NCBI GenBank assembly: GCA_963798845.1
Contig: CAWCUS010000001.1
Location: 224,001-288,000, forward strand
Origin: an uncultured Gemmatimonadales bacterium
GTDB taxonomy: Bacteria > Gemmatimonadota > Gemmatimonadetes > Longimicrobiales > RSA9
Length of the DNA stretch: 64,000 nucleotides
Direction: 5' to 3'
Position 1 is the first letter of the stretch, and the number at the start of each line of letters is the position of its first letter. Made by a program: the position numbers and the translations under genes. Below are positions 27,998-38,242 of the stretch, piece by piece. Under the pieces are notes generated by a model. The model saw nothing but the letters and a program-made list of their open reading frames with translations. It had not been told where the DNA came from and did not search any database.

Positions 27998-28490
27998 TCA
28001 TCGGACTTCGGCCTGCGTCACCGTGCCCACGTGCCGGAAGTCCAGATCTCGCCGGACCGGCACCGTCACGGAAACCGTGCCACTCACGCGATAATCGAAC
28101 GCACCCCGGTCGAGCAGGGCGCGTGCGGCCTGGCTCATGCCTTTGTAGGTGAAATTCACCGGCACCGCCACCTCGACGGTGTCGCCGGCGGGCACAGCCA
28201 GGTCGCGATCGATCTGCCCGTCCGTAAAGGGCGACCAGCTTTTCGTGTCCGGCGCCTGGAGCTCGAGCTTGTAGCGCACGCCGTCCGCTTTCAGATCGAA
28301 ATCGTTGGGGTTGTAGATCCCGAGCTGCACGTTCATGATGCCGCCGTTCAGCCCCAGCGACGACAACTGCACTCCGGCCAGCCAGAATGCGGGGCTGCTG
28401 AACCTTCGGCACACACGCACCGAGCATGACCAGCAGCGCGGCCGCCGTGGCCCTGGACCCCACCCGCAACCGTTTCCTCCTACCCTTCAC
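27998..28490 (-). pseudogene. LEA type 2 (WHy) lipoprotein, frameshifted (real lesion or sequencing error)
   Basis: The lipoprotein signal LLVMLGAC and the LEA_2 body (GIYNPNDFDL..YRVSG) are in different frames; one extra base at ~28386. Confidence 0.75.
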
Positions 28491-29928
28491 GATCGCCTCC
28501 GGTCTCGTTCGACTCCACCCGCAGCTTCGCCCACCACGCGAGCCGCTCCGCGATGCGTTTCTCGTGCCCGAACCCGCTCGGCTCGTAGAAGCGCGTTCCC
28601 CGGAGACGCTCGGGCAGGTACTCCTGTGGAATGTAGTGGTCTTCCGATTCGAAGGCGTAGCGATAGTCCTCGCCGTAGCCCAGCTCCTTCATCAGTCCCG
28701 TGGGCGCGTTCCGGATGTGCAGCGGCACCGGCTCGGCCGGCGTATCCCTCGCCGCCGACCGCGCGGCGCCGAACGCGCTGTAGAGCCGGTTCGATTTCGG
28801 CGAAGTGGCCAGGTACACCGCGGCTTCCGCCAGTGCCAGGTCGCCCTCCGGCGACCCGAGCATCTGGTACGCGTCCCTCGCCGCGATGGCGACGCTCAGC
28901 GCCTGCGGGTCCGACAGGCCGACGTCCTCCATGGCCATCCGGATCAGCCGCCGCGCGGCGTATAGCGGGTCTTCGCCGCCTTCCAGCAGCCGTGCCAGCC
29001 AGTACAGTGCGCCGTCCGGGTCGCTCCCCCGCACCGCCTTGTGCAGCGCAGAAATGATGTTGTAGTGCTCCTCGCCTCCCTTGTCATAGCGGGCGACGCG
29101 CTGCTGGAGCGCCTCCTTCGCCCGTCCGGCATCGATCCGCCCGCCCTCGCCCGCCAGCGTGGCCGCCGTCTCGAGGGCGTTGAGGGCGCGACGGGCATCC
29201 CCGTCGGCCTGGACGGCGATGAGGCCGATGGCGGCGTCGTCCACGTCCAGGCCGCGGGCGCCCAGGCCCCGCTCCTGATCGGCGAGCGCGCGACGCAGGA
29301 TCTCCTCCAGCTCCCCCTCGCCGAGCGGCTGCAGCACGAACACGCGCGCCCGGCTGAGCAGCGCACCGATCACCTCGAACGACGGGTTCTCCGTGGTGGC
29401 GCCGATCAGGGAGATGGTGCCCGCCTCGACGTGGGGGAGGAAGGCGTCTTGTTGCGCCTTGTTGAAGCGGTGGATCTCGTCGCAGAACAGGATCGTGCGA
29501 CGCCCCATCCCGCGCAGCCGGGCGTCCGCCTGCTTCATGATCTCCCGAACCCGCGGCACGCCCTCGGTGACCGCGCTGAACGAGACGAAGGTGGAGTTGG
29601 TGCGCTCGGCGATGATGCGCGCGATCGTGGTCTTCCCCGTCCCGGGAGGCCCCCAGAGGATCAGGCTGCCGACCTCGTCCTTCTCGATCAGCTCCCGCAG
29701 CGCCCGCCCCTGGCCGAGCACGGATTCCTGGCCGACGAACTCGTCCAGGGTGCGCGGCCGCATGCGCGCTGCGAGCGGCGCGGCGGCTTCCACCCCCTCG
29801 GCCGACGACCCGGTCACCCCGGCTTGCGCGTCCCCGGACCGCTCCGCCCCGTTCCCGGCGTCCCGACTCTCGCCCGGGGACGGGCCCTCTGCGTTCTTCC
29901 TTCCGCCGAACAGGTCCAGCTCACTCAT
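28480..29928 (-). CDS. rarA: Replication-associated recombination protein A (MgsA)
   Basis: PLAARMRPRTLDEFVGQ, WGPPGTGKTT, DEIHRFNKAQQD, ISALHKAVRGSD. Confidence 0.96.
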   Translation of the reverse strand: MSELDLFGGRKNAEGPSPGESRDAGNGAERSGDAQAGVTGSSAEGVEAAAPLAARMRPRTLDEFVGQESVLGQGRALRELIEKDEVGSLILWGPPGTGKTTIARIIAERTNSTFVSFSAVTEGVPRVREIMKQADARLRGMGRRTILFCDEIHRFNKAQQDAFLPHVEAGTISLIGATTENPSFEVIGALLSRARVFVLQPLGEGELEEILRRALADQERGLGARGLDVDDAAIGLIAVQADGDARRALNALETAATLAGEGGRIDAGRAKEALQQRVARYDKGGEEHYNIISALHKAVRGSDPDGALYWLARLLEGGEDPLYAARRLIRMAMEDVGLSDPQALSVAIAARDAYQMLGSPEGDLALAEAAVYLATSPKSNRLYSAFGAARSAARDTPAEPVPLHIRNAPTGLMKELGYGEDYRYAFESEDHYIPQEYLPERLRGTRFYEPSGFGHEKRIAERLAWWAKLRVESNETGGDREG

Positions 29929-31258
29929 CCAGCCACTCCTGCCGGACGAGCTCCAGGAGCGCGTCCTTCCGGTTCAGCGCGGGCTCGTCCGTCACGCGCT
30001 CCAGCAGCGCCTCGAGAACTTCACCGAAAAGCGGCCCCGGCTGGAGCCCGAGCCCCTTGAGATCCGCTCCGCCAATGGCCAGGTCCGTGGTGGCGAGGGC
30101 GGGCCGCTGGGCCAGCACGTCGCGCACCTTGTGCCACCGCTCGAGCAGATCATCCGGTCGGCCACCGTCCGGATGCCGCGCACGCCACAGCGCGAAGCGG
30201 AGGCGGAAGAGGTCGCGCCAGAGATCGGCCCCGACGTCGCGCAGCCACCGTCGCACTCCGGCGTCGGGCGCATCCGGGGGGAAGAGGTCCGGGTGGTGAC
30301 GCACCAGGCGCGTCACCCGGGCAGTGTCCGCGTTGGACGACTTGAGCCGGCGCATGACGTCCTCCGCCTTGCGCCCGCCCAGCACCTCGTGACCCGTGTA
30401 GCGCCAGCCGCCGCGCAGGTCGCGGGTGCGCGCCGGCGGCATCCCGATGGCGTGCAGCAGCGCCGCGAGCCGGAGCGCGGTCCGCCCCGTCGCAACGGCA
30501 TCGACGGCCCGGAGGGTGACCGTCCACAGGTCGTCGCGGTCCGCCACGGGCGGTTCGCCCGGGAGCGCCGCGAGCTCCGGGTAGAGCGCGCCGAGGGCGC
30601 CCGACTCGCGGTAAAGATCCAGGGCGACGGACGCCCGGCGCGCCTGTGAGAGCACCTTGACCAGCTCCTCCCTCACCCGCTCGGCCGACAGCCCGCGGAG
30701 GTGCGGCACGGCTTCCCGGATGGCCTCCCACGTCCCCGGCGCGACGGTGAGCTCGAACTGTCCTGCGAAACGGAGCGCACGCAGGACCCGAAGGTAGTCC
30801 TCGGCGAAACGCTCGCCGGGGTCGCCCACGGTTCGGAGGCGCCCCAGCTCCAGGTCGCGACGCCCGTCGAACGGGTCGAGCAGCTCGCCCGTGCTCGGCC
30901 GCCACGCCACGGCGTTGATGGTGAAGTCCCGTCGGGAGAGGTCTTCCTGGATGGTGTCGGCGAACTCGACCACGGCGTGCCGGCCGAATGTCTCCACATC
31001 ACGGCGGAACGTGGTGACCTCGTACAGCTGTCCCCCGTCGAGAACGCCGACGGTGCCGTGATCGAGGCCCACGGGGACGGTGCGGCGAAAGAGCCTCGTG
31101 ACGTCGGTAGGGCGGGCGCGCGTCGCCAGGTCCCAGTCCCCGGCGGGGCGTCCGGCTACGCTGTCGCGGACGGCGCCGCCCACGGCCCACGTCTCGAACC
31201 CTTCCTCCTCGAGGCGCTTCGCGATCCGGCGGACCGCCTCCGGCGGGCGGAGGTCCAT
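29921..31258 (-). CDS. cca: CCA tRNA nucleotidyltransferase (class II)
   Basis: VGGAVRD..DWDLAT, EVTTFR, EDLSRRDFTINA, EDYLRVLRALRF. Confidence 0.88.
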   Translation of the reverse strand: MDLRPPEAVRRIAKRLEEEGFETWAVGGAVRDSVAGRPAGDWDLATRARPTDVTRLFRRTVPVGLDHGTVGVLDGGQLYEVTTFRRDVETFGRHAVVEFADTIQEDLSRRDFTINAVAWRPSTGELLDPFDGRRDLELGRLRTVGDPGERFAEDYLRVLRALRFAGQFELTVAPGTWEAIREAVPHLRGLSAERVREELVKVLSQARRASVALDLYRESGALGALYPELAALPGEPPVADRDDLWTVTLRAVDAVATGRTALRLAALLHAIGMPPARTRDLRGGWRYTGHEVLGGRKAEDVMRRLKSSNADTARVTRLVRHHPDLFPPDAPDAGVRRWLRDVGADLWRDLFRLRFALWRARHPDGGRPDDLLERWHKVRDVLAQRPALATTDLAIGGADLKGLGLQPGPLFGEVLEALLERVTDEPALNRKDALLELVRQEWLDE

Positions 31259-31266
31259 CGCCTCGC

Positions 31267-32028
31267 TCAGCCGCAGAGTACGGATCCGCCGTTCACGTTC
31301 ATGACCTCGCCGGTGATGTGACGGGCGAGGCCGGAGCAGAGGAACACGATCGGGCCGGCGACGTCGTCCGCCGACGCCACCCGGCCCAGCGGGATCGTCC
31401 GCTCGATCCGCTGCCGGCCGCCATCCGAGTAGGAGTAGGCGGCCATCTCCGTGTCGATCCACCCGGGCGCCACGCAGTTCACGGTGATGTCCCGCGGCGC
31501 CAGCTCCACGGCCACCCCCTTCACCAGCGAGATGAGCGCGCCCTTCGTGGCAGCGTAGTCCCCGTGGTTCGCCTCCCCGCGCTGACCGGCGGTGGAGCCC
31601 ACGAGGACGACCCGTCCGCCGTCACCCATGATCCGCGCCGCACCGCGGACGCTGTAGAACACCGAATCCAGGTTCACGGCCAGCGTACGGCGCCACTGGT
31701 CGTCAGACATGGATGCGATCGGCACTTCGGCCACCGGCCAGATGCCCGCGTTGGCCACGAGAATGTCGAGCCCGCCGAATTCCGCTTCCACTTTCCGGAA
31801 CAGCTCGTCCACCGCCGCCGGGGCAGCGAGATCGAGCCCGTCGGCGAACCCGCGCCGGCCCGCGCTCCGGACCTCCGCCACCACCCCGGCAGCGTCCGCC
31901 TCCCGCTCGCGGTAGGTGATGGCCACGTCGGCGCCCGCGCGCGCCAGCATCCGCGCGACCGCCGCGCCCACGCCGCGGGAGCCGCCGGTCACAAGCGCGC
32001 GCTTGCCCTCCAGGTCAATCGGAAGCAT
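31267..32028 (-). CDS. SDR-family oxidoreductase (FabG-like)
   Basis: TGGSRGVG, NAG, YAATK, NCVAPG. Confidence 0.9.
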   Translation of the reverse strand: MLPIDLEGKRALVTGGSRGVGAAVARMLARAGADVAITYREREADAAGVVAEVRSAGRRGFADGLDLAAPAAVDELFRKVEAEFGGLDILVANAGIWPVAEVPIASMSDDQWRRTLAVNLDSVFYSVRGAARIMGDGGRVVLVGSTAGQRGEANHGDYAATKGALISLVKGVAVELAPRDITVNCVAPGWIDTEMAAYSYSDGGRQRIERTIPLGRVASADDVAGPIVFLCSGLARHITGEVMNVNGGSVLCG

Positions 32029-32602
32029 GGAATCGCCCTTCCACGATGTCGCAGATCACGTGGCCTATGGCCAGCTGGAGCTCCTGCGCCCGGGCGCCGT
32101 CGTCCGTAGGAAGGACCAGCGCGTGGTCCACCGCGGCCGCGAGCGGACCACCCCCGCGGGCGAGAAGGGCCACCGTGACCACTCCGGCGCCCCGAGCCGC
32201 TTCTGCGGCGCGGAGCAGGTTCGGCGACTTGCCGGACGTGCTGTGCACGAAGAGGAGGTCGCCACGGCTGCCCAGCGCCTCGACCTGGCGCGCGAACACC
32301 TGCTCGAACCCGAGGTCGTTCGCGGCGGCGGTCAGGAGTGACGTGTCCGTGGTCAGCGCGACGGCCGGGAACGGCACGCGGTCGCGACGGAAGCGGACCA
32401 CGTACTCCGTCGCCAGGTGCTGCGCGTCCGCCGCCGACCCGCCGTTGCCGCAGAAGAGGAGCTTGTGGCCGGCTTCGAGGGTGGAGATCGTGAGCTCCGC
32501 CAGCTCCGCCACGTCGCCTGCCATGTCACGCGCGACGACGGCCGCAAGGGCGGCAAGCGCTTCCAGCTGCCGTATCGCCGCGTCCACCGCCGGACTCTTC
32601 AT
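32015..32602 (-). CDS. gmhA: D-sedoheptulose-7-phosphate isomerase
   Basis: CGNGGSAADAQHLATE, NDLGFEQVFARQVEA, STSGKSPN, QELQ. Confidence 0.92.
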   Translation of the reverse strand: MKSPAVDAAIRQLEALAALAAVVARDMAGDVAELAELTISTLEAGHKLLFCGNGGSAADAQHLATEYVVRFRRDRVPFPAVALTTDTSLLTAAANDLGFEQVFARQVEALGSRGDLLFVHSTSGKSPNLLRAAEAARGAGVVTVALLARGGGPLAAAVDHALVLPTDDGARAQELQLAIGHVICDIVEGRFHASD

Positions 32603-32931
32603 TCGAATGCTTTCGATCCGGTGAGCAATCCGTCGAAGCGGGACGGGGCCAGGGCACGCGTCAGCCGGTCGAGAGCCTCCGGCCCGGATTCCGCCGCAGC
32701 CTCGCACGCGTACGTCAGGAGCGCGTCCGCAGCCAGGAGCGGCGCCGCCGACGTCCGGCCGCCGGGGCCGTCGATCACCGCGGCGAGACCGCCCAGCGCC
32801 GCGGCGGCCAGCCGCTCGGCCACGTCGCCCGTGGGCGGCGCGTGCCGCTCGAGCATCGTCACGACGTGCGCCTTCAACGGCTCCGGCATTGGCGGTCGCC
32901 GCGCCGCCACCCACTCCGTCAGGTCGATCAA
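32599..32931 (-). CDS. Hypothetical protein (110 aa)
   Basis: 4-nt overlaps with alaS and gmhA; LLAADALLTYACE motif. Confidence 0.7.
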   Translation of the reverse strand: MIDLTEWVAARRPPMPEPLKAHVVTMLERHAPPTGDVAERLAAAALGGLAAVIDGPGGRTSAAPLLAADALLTYACEAAAESGPEALDRLTRALAPSRFDGLLTGSKAFE

Positions 32932-35603
32932 TGGGCCTCGAGAAGCGCTCGCACGATCTCGGGCGCTTTCGCCAGCGCGGCCCCGACGAGCTCCGGATCG
33001 CCCACGCCTCCCTGCGCCATGTGCGGCCGCCCGCCACCCGAGCCCCCCGTCAGTCTGGCGACCTCGCGCACCACATGGTCGGCACGCACGCCCCGGCCGA
33101 TCAGGTCGTCGGTGACCACGGAGAAGAGCGCGGTACGCTCCCCCGACACAGCGGCCAGGACCACCACGCCGCTGCCGAGCCGGTCCCGCAGCTGGTCGCC
33201 CAGCGCCCGCAGCTCGTCCTGGTCGGCCACTTCCACCTGCTCGGCCACGATCCTCGCCCCGTCCACCTGCGCAGCCGCTTCCACCAGGCGCCCCACCACG
33301 TCCGCCGCGCCCTGGCGCCTGGCCCGCTCCAGCTGCCTCTCCAGCTCCCGCACCTCGCCCTGCAGCTGCTCGACCCGGCGCACCACCATCTCCGGCGGCA
33401 CCCTCAGGATCTCGGATGTCTCCCGCAGCGCGTCTTCCTGGCGAACCGCCAGCCGGTATGCCTCGCGGCCGGTCACCGCCTCGATCCGGCGCACGCCCGC
33501 GCCCGTGCCCGTCTCACTCACGATGCGGAAGAGCCCGATCTCGCCCGTCCGCCGCACGTGCGTGCCGCCGCACAGCTCGCGGCTCACGCCCGGGACCGTG
33601 ATCATCCGCACCACATCTCCGTACTTCTCGCCGAACAGCGCCATGGCGCCCTTTTCGATCGCGTCATCGTAGCGGAGGAAGTCGATGAAGACGTCCTGGT
33701 CCTGGAGGATGGCCTCGTTCACCTCGTCCTCCACCCGACGGATCTGCTCGGGCGTCATCGGCTGCGCATGCGAGAAGTCGAAGCGCAGCCGGTCCGGCGC
33801 CACCAGCGAGCCACGCTGGAGAACGTGTTCGCCCAGCACCTTGCGCAGTCCGGCGTGCAGCAGGTGCGTGGCCGTGTGGTTCCGCTCGGTGTCGTGGCGG
33901 GTCGGGCCCGCCACGCGCGCGACCACCGGCACGGGCGCCACGGCATCCGGGAAGTCGCCCTCCACATCTCCGAGCACGGCCGCGCGGCCACCCACGCGTC
34001 GAACGTCGTCCACCACCACGCGCCAGCCGTCGCCTTCCACCTCGCCCCTGTCGCTGATCTGGCCGCCCGACTCGACGTAGAACGGGTTCTCCCGCAGCTG
34101 GAGCGCCACGCGGCCGTCCTGGCGTCGGAACGCGACGACATCCGTCTCCACGTCCGTCCGCTCGTAGCCCACGAACTCCGGCTCCGCTTCGTCCAGCTCC
34201 GTCCAGCCGTGCGCCAGGGCGTCCCCGGCCTCGATTCCCGCAGCCTCACGATCGGCGCGCGAACGTGCTCGCTGCTCCTCCAGCGCCCTCTCGAACCCGT
34301 CCATGTCGACGGCGTAGCCCCGCTCCTCCGCCATCAGCTCGGTCAGGTCCAGCGGGAAGCCGAACGTGTCGTACAGCCGGAACGCGTCCTCGCCCACGAT
34401 GAGCTTGCCGGAACCGGCCGTCGCGGCCGCCTCCGCCGGCTGCCCCTGGAGCGTCTGTGCCGGCGCCACCTCGTCGAAGCGCGCCATGCCTTCCTCGATG
34501 GTGGTGAGGAAGCGCTCCTCCTCCATGCGCGTGGCGCGCAGCAGATGGTCGCGCCGGGAGCGAAGCTCGGGGTAGGCGTCGGCCATGCGGTCCACCACCT
34601 CGTCCACCACTTCCGCCAGCGTCGGCTCGCGACGGCCGAGCAGCCACGCGTGGCGGATCGCCCGGCGCATGATGCGGCGCAGGACGTAGCCCCGGCCCGA
34701 GTTGCTCGGGAACACCCCGTCGGCAAGCAGGAACGCCGTTGCGCGGGAGTGGTCCGCGAGCACGCGGTAGGACACGCCGGCCTCGGTCCCGGGATCGTAG
34801 GGCACGCCCACCACGCGGACGGCGCGCTCGATCAGGGGCGTGAACAGGTCCGTCTCGTAGTTCGACGAGACTCCCTGCATGACGCTCGCGATCCGCTCCA
34901 GGCCGGCACCCGTATCGATCGATGGACGCGGCAGCGGGTTCAGCTCGCCATCCGCAGCGCGGTTGTACTGCATGAACACGAGGTTCCACAGCTCCAGGAA
35001 CTCCCCCGCCTCCCCCTTGACCTCGAAGGCATCGGCCGTGAGGTCGGTGCCGCGCTCACCCTCCGGGCGCATGTCCCAGTGGATCTCGCTGCACGGGCCG
35101 CACGGGCCGGTGTCACCCATCTGCCAGAAATTGTCCTTGTCGCCAAGCCGGAAGATCCGGCTCTCGGGCAGCCCGGCCACCTCCTGCCAGAGCCCGTACG
35201 CCTCGTCATCGGTGTAGTGGACCGTGGCCCAGAGTCGATCCTTCGGCAGCCCGTACACTTCCGTGAAAAGGCGCCAGGCGAAGTCGATGGCGTCCCGCTT
35301 GAAGTAGTCGCCGAAGGAGAAGTTCCCGAGCATCTCGAAGAAGGTGTGGTGCCTCGCCGTGCGCCCCACCTCCTCCAGGTCGTTGTGCTTGCCGCTCACG
35401 CGCAGGCACTTCTGCGACGTCGTCGCCCGCCTGATCCCCAGCGACTCCTCGCCCAGGAACACCTTCTTGAACTGGACCATCCCGGCGTTCGTGAACATGA
35501 GCGTGGGGTCGTCCTTGGGGACCAGCGCCGAGCTCGGCCGGATGTCGTGGCCGTTGCGCTCGAAGAACTCCAGAAACTTCCGCCTGATCTCGCTTGCCGT
35601 CAT
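32928..35603 (-). CDS. alaS: Alanine--tRNA ligase
   Basis: FTNAGMVQFK, HHTFFEMLGNFSFGDYFK, NHTATHLLH, ELCGGTH, GGGRPHMAQGG. Confidence 0.98.
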   Translation of the reverse strand: MTASEIRRKFLEFFERNGHDIRPSSALVPKDDPTLMFTNAGMVQFKKVFLGEESLGIRRATTSQKCLRVSGKHNDLEEVGRTARHHTFFEMLGNFSFGDYFKRDAIDFAWRLFTEVYGLPKDRLWATVHYTDDEAYGLWQEVAGLPESRIFRLGDKDNFWQMGDTGPCGPCSEIHWDMRPEGERGTDLTADAFEVKGEAGEFLELWNLVFMQYNRAADGELNPLPRPSIDTGAGLERIASVMQGVSSNYETDLFTPLIERAVRVVGVPYDPGTEAGVSYRVLADHSRATAFLLADGVFPSNSGRGYVLRRIMRRAIRHAWLLGRREPTLAEVVDEVVDRMADAYPELRSRRDHLLRATRMEEERFLTTIEEGMARFDEVAPAQTLQGQPAEAAATAGSGKLIVGEDAFRLYDTFGFPLDLTELMAEERGYAVDMDGFERALEEQRARSRADREAAGIEAGDALAHGWTELDEAEPEFVGYERTDVETDVVAFRRQDGRVALQLRENPFYVESGGQISDRGEVEGDGWRVVVDDVRRVGGRAAVLGDVEGDFPDAVAPVPVVARVAGPTRHDTERNHTATHLLHAGLRKVLGEHVLQRGSLVAPDRLRFDFSHAQPMTPEQIRRVEDEVNEAILQDQDVFIDFLRYDDAIEKGAMALFGEKYGDVVRMITVPGVSRELCGGTHVRRTGEIGLFRIVSETGTGAGVRRIEAVTGREAYRLAVRQEDALRETSEILRVPPEMVVRRVEQLQGEVRELERQLERARRQGAADVVGRLVEAAAQVDGARIVAEQVEVADQDELRALGDQLRDRLGSGVVVLAAVSGERTALFSVVTDDLIGRGVRADHVVREVARLTGGSGGGRPHMAQGGVGDPELVGAALAKAPEIVRALLEAH

Positions 35604-35814
35604 GCCTCTTCCCGTCCCGTGCTTCCGCCTTTCTCAAGCCGAGCGCCCAATATAGGAGATGCGCCGGCCAATGCGAAGCCGCCACGCCCTCCCGATACCC
35701 CGCTCTCCCACGGACGATCGGCCACGCGCGTCCCGGGGGCGCGCAGAGCAGGGCCGCGGCGAGGTGACAGGGGGTGCCCTGCAGCCAGCGACCGCCGTGG
35801 AAACACGTTCGACG

Positions 35815-35862
35815 AAGAAAGAAATACGGGGAGCGGCCGCCTCCGGCGCGGCCCGCCCCCCG
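35815..35862 (-). terminator. Intrinsic terminator downstream of recA
   Basis: GC-rich hairpin followed on the minus strand by TATTTCTTTCTT. Confidence 0.7.
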
Positions 35863-35913
35863 ATTCGCCCGGCTCTCTATCCGGTTTCCCGTGAGAGAGA
35901 GTGCCTCTGTGGC

Positions 35914-36966
35914 TCAGCTCTCCTCCGAGCTCTCGCTCTCCTCCGAGGCCGCCTGCCCCCGGGACATCCCGAGCTCCGAACGCACCTTCGCCTCGATCTC
36001 ATCCCGGATCTCGGGGCTCTCCATCAGGAAGGCTTTCGCGTTCTCCCGCCCCTGGCCCAGGCGAGTCTCACCATACGAGTACCAGGCCCCGGCCTTGTCC
36101 ACGATCCCCAGCTCCGACCCCAGGTCGATGAGCAGGCCGGTGTGGCTGATCCCCTCGTTGTACATGATGTCGAACTCGGCCTGCCGGAACGGCGGCGCCA
36201 TCTTGTTCTTCACCACCTTCACCCGCGTCCGGTTCCCCACCAGCTCCTGTCCGTCCTTGATCGCGCCGATCCGCCGGATGTCCATGCGCAGGCTCGCGTA
36301 GAACTTCAAAGCGCGGCCCCCGCTCGTGGTCTCTGGGTTCCCGAACATCACCCCGATCTTCTCGCGGATCTGGTTCGTGAACACCACCGACGTCCGCGAC
36401 CGGTTCACCGCGCCCGTCAGCTTCCGCAGCGCCTGGCTCATGAGCCGGGCCTGCAGCCCCACGTGCGAGTCCCCCATCTCCCCTTCGATCTCCGCCCGCG
36501 GCACCAACGCCGCAACGGAGTCGATGACCACTACGTCGACCGCGCCCGAGCGGATGAGCATCTCGGCGATCTCCAGCGCCTGCTCCCCCGTGTCCGGCTG
36601 GCTAACGAGCAGCGCGTCCACGTCCACGCCCAGCTTGCGCGAATACTCCACGTCCAGCGCGTGCTCGGCGTCGATGAACGCCGCCACGCCCCCGTTCTTC
36701 TGCGCGTTCGCGATCACGTGCAGGCAGAGCGTCGTCTTCCCGCTCGACTCCGGGCCGTAGACCTCCGTCATCCGGCCACGCGGAATCCCGCCGATCCCGA
36801 TCGCCGCGTCCAGGTTGATCGCCCCCGTCGAGATCGCCGCGACCTCCATCCTCGCCCCGTCCGCGCCCATCCGCATGATCGCGCCCTTGCCGTACGCCCG
36901 CTCGATCTGCGAGATCGCCACGTTCAGAGCCTTCTCCTTCTCCTTCGTCAGCTCGGCCGCTGCCAT
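35914..36966 (-). CDS. recA: Recombinase RecA
   Basis: [45 protein letters not shown]. Confidence 0.99.
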   Translation of the reverse strand: MAAAELTKEKEKALNVAISQIERAYGKGAIMRMGADGARMEVAAISTGAINLDAAIGIGGIPRGRMTEVYGPESSGKTTLCLHVIANAQKNGGVAAFIDAEHALDVEYSRKLGVDVDALLVSQPDTGEQALEIAEMLIRSGAVDVVVIDSVAALVPRAEIEGEMGDSHVGLQARLMSQALRKLTGAVNRSRTSVVFTNQIREKIGVMFGNPETTSGGRALKFYASLRMDIRRIGAIKDGQELVGNRTRVKVVKNKMAPPFRQAEFDIMYNEGISHTGLLIDLGSELGIVDKAGAWYSYGETRLGQGRENAKAFLMESPEIRDEIEAKVRSELGMSRGQAASEESESSEES

Positions 36967-37083
36967 CGCTTCACCTGTCCGTGGTGGATATTCGGGGGTT
37001 CCGCCTCAAGATGCGCATCCGCCCGGTCCGCCGGAAGTGCGCCGGGGGACAACCTAATGCCGCGACCGGCCGGGCGGCGCCTA

Positions 37084-37099
37084 CCGAACAAATGCCGAA
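37084..37099. promoter_or_regulatory. Candidate SOS/LexA operator upstream of recA
   Basis: CCGAACAAATGCCGAA, identical to 51470-51485. Confidence 0.7.
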
Positions 37100-37193
37100 G
37101 TACGTTACCCTCACCGCCCCCGCCGCGCAAGAGCCCGCTCCACCGACGGAGCACGCGCTGCGACGGCCGGCGCAGAGAGCCGCGGCGGTCGAC

Positions 37194-38240
37194 TCAGGCA
37201 GCGTCGATGACGGCTCGGAGCGCCCGGGCGGCGGTGTGGATGCCGTCGTCGTCGACGTCCATGTGGGTGACGGCACGGAGCCGTCGCGGTGAGAACATGC
37301 TCATGAGCACGCCGTGGCTGGCGAGCGCAGCGAGGACGTCGGCGGCGAAGAGGCCGTCGCGGACGAGATCGATCATGAGGATGTTGGAATCGGGCGGTGT
37401 GGTCCGGACGCCGTCGAGGCCGCCCGCCAGGCTGGCCAGCTCGCGGGCTCGCCTGTGATCCTCCGCGAGCCTGTCGATGTTGTGGTCGAGCGCGTACAGT
37501 CCGGCGGCGGCGAGGATACCCGATTGGCGCATTGAGCCGCCCATGCGGCGGCGAACGCGCCACGCCTCGCTGATGAACGCCTCGCCGCCCGCGAGCATCG
37601 AGCCGACGGGGCAGCCGAGCCCCTTGGAGAGCGCCACCATGACGCTGTCGGCCGTGGCGGCGTACTCCGCCAGAGGCACACCCGACGCCACGCTGGCGTG
37701 CCACAATCGGGCGCCATCCATGTGGACCGGGAGGCCGTGCTCGCCGGCCACGGTCCGGACCCCCTGGAGAGCGGAGAGCGGGACGACGCGCCCGCCGCGC
37801 GCGTTGTGTGTGTTCTCGACGCAGATCAGCGCCGTGCGGGGCTGGTACCGGTTTCCGGCGGGGCGGATGGCGGCGCGCACGAGGTCGGCGGTGAGGATGC
37901 CGTCCTCGGTGGCTACCGGGCGCAGCTGCATCCCGGCCCACGCCGCGGCGGCGGCCTCCTCCCAGTCGACGAGGTGGCACGAGCCTTCGACCACCGCCTC
38001 GGCGCCGGGGCGGCCGTGGACGACAATGGCCGTCTCGTTCGCCATGATGCCGGTGGGGAAGAAGAGCGCGCTCTCCTTCCCCAGCAGCGCAGCAACGCGC
38101 TCTTCCAGCTTCCTGACCGTCGGATCGTCGCCCAGCTGGTCGTCTCCGACCTCCGCTTCGGCGATGGCAGCCCGCATTGCCGGGCTGGGCCGAGTGACCG
38201 TGTCGCTGCGAAGATCGATCACCCGGCCTTCCGTCGGCAT
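37194..38240 (-). CDS. ltaE: Low-specificity L-threonine aldolase
   Basis: IDLRSDTVT, VENTHN, HMDGARL, LSKGLG, GGSMRQSG. Confidence 0.92.
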   Translation of the reverse strand: MPTEGRVIDLRSDTVTRPSPAMRAAIAEAEVGDDQLGDDPTVRKLEERVAALLGKESALFFPTGIMANETAIVVHGRPGAEAVVEGSCHLVDWEEAAAAAWAGMQLRPVATEDGILTADLVRAAIRPAGNRYQPRTALICVENTHNARGGRVVPLSALQGVRTVAGEHGLPVHMDGARLWHASVASGVPLAEYAATADSVMVALSKGLGCPVGSMLAGGEAFISEAWRVRRRMGGSMRQSGILAAAGLYALDHNIDRLAEDHRRARELASLAGGLDGVRTTPPDSNILMIDLVRDGLFAADVLAALASHGVLMSMFSPRRLRAVTHMDVDDDGIHTAARALRAVIDAA

Positions 38241-38242
38241 GG

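Noticed and set aside
32889..35894. Long antisense ORFs (1001 aa opposite alaS; similar ones opposite hppA, glmS, recA, purD)
   Set aside because: Shadow ORFs expected from high-GC codon bias. They have no motifs and fully overlap well-supported genes.
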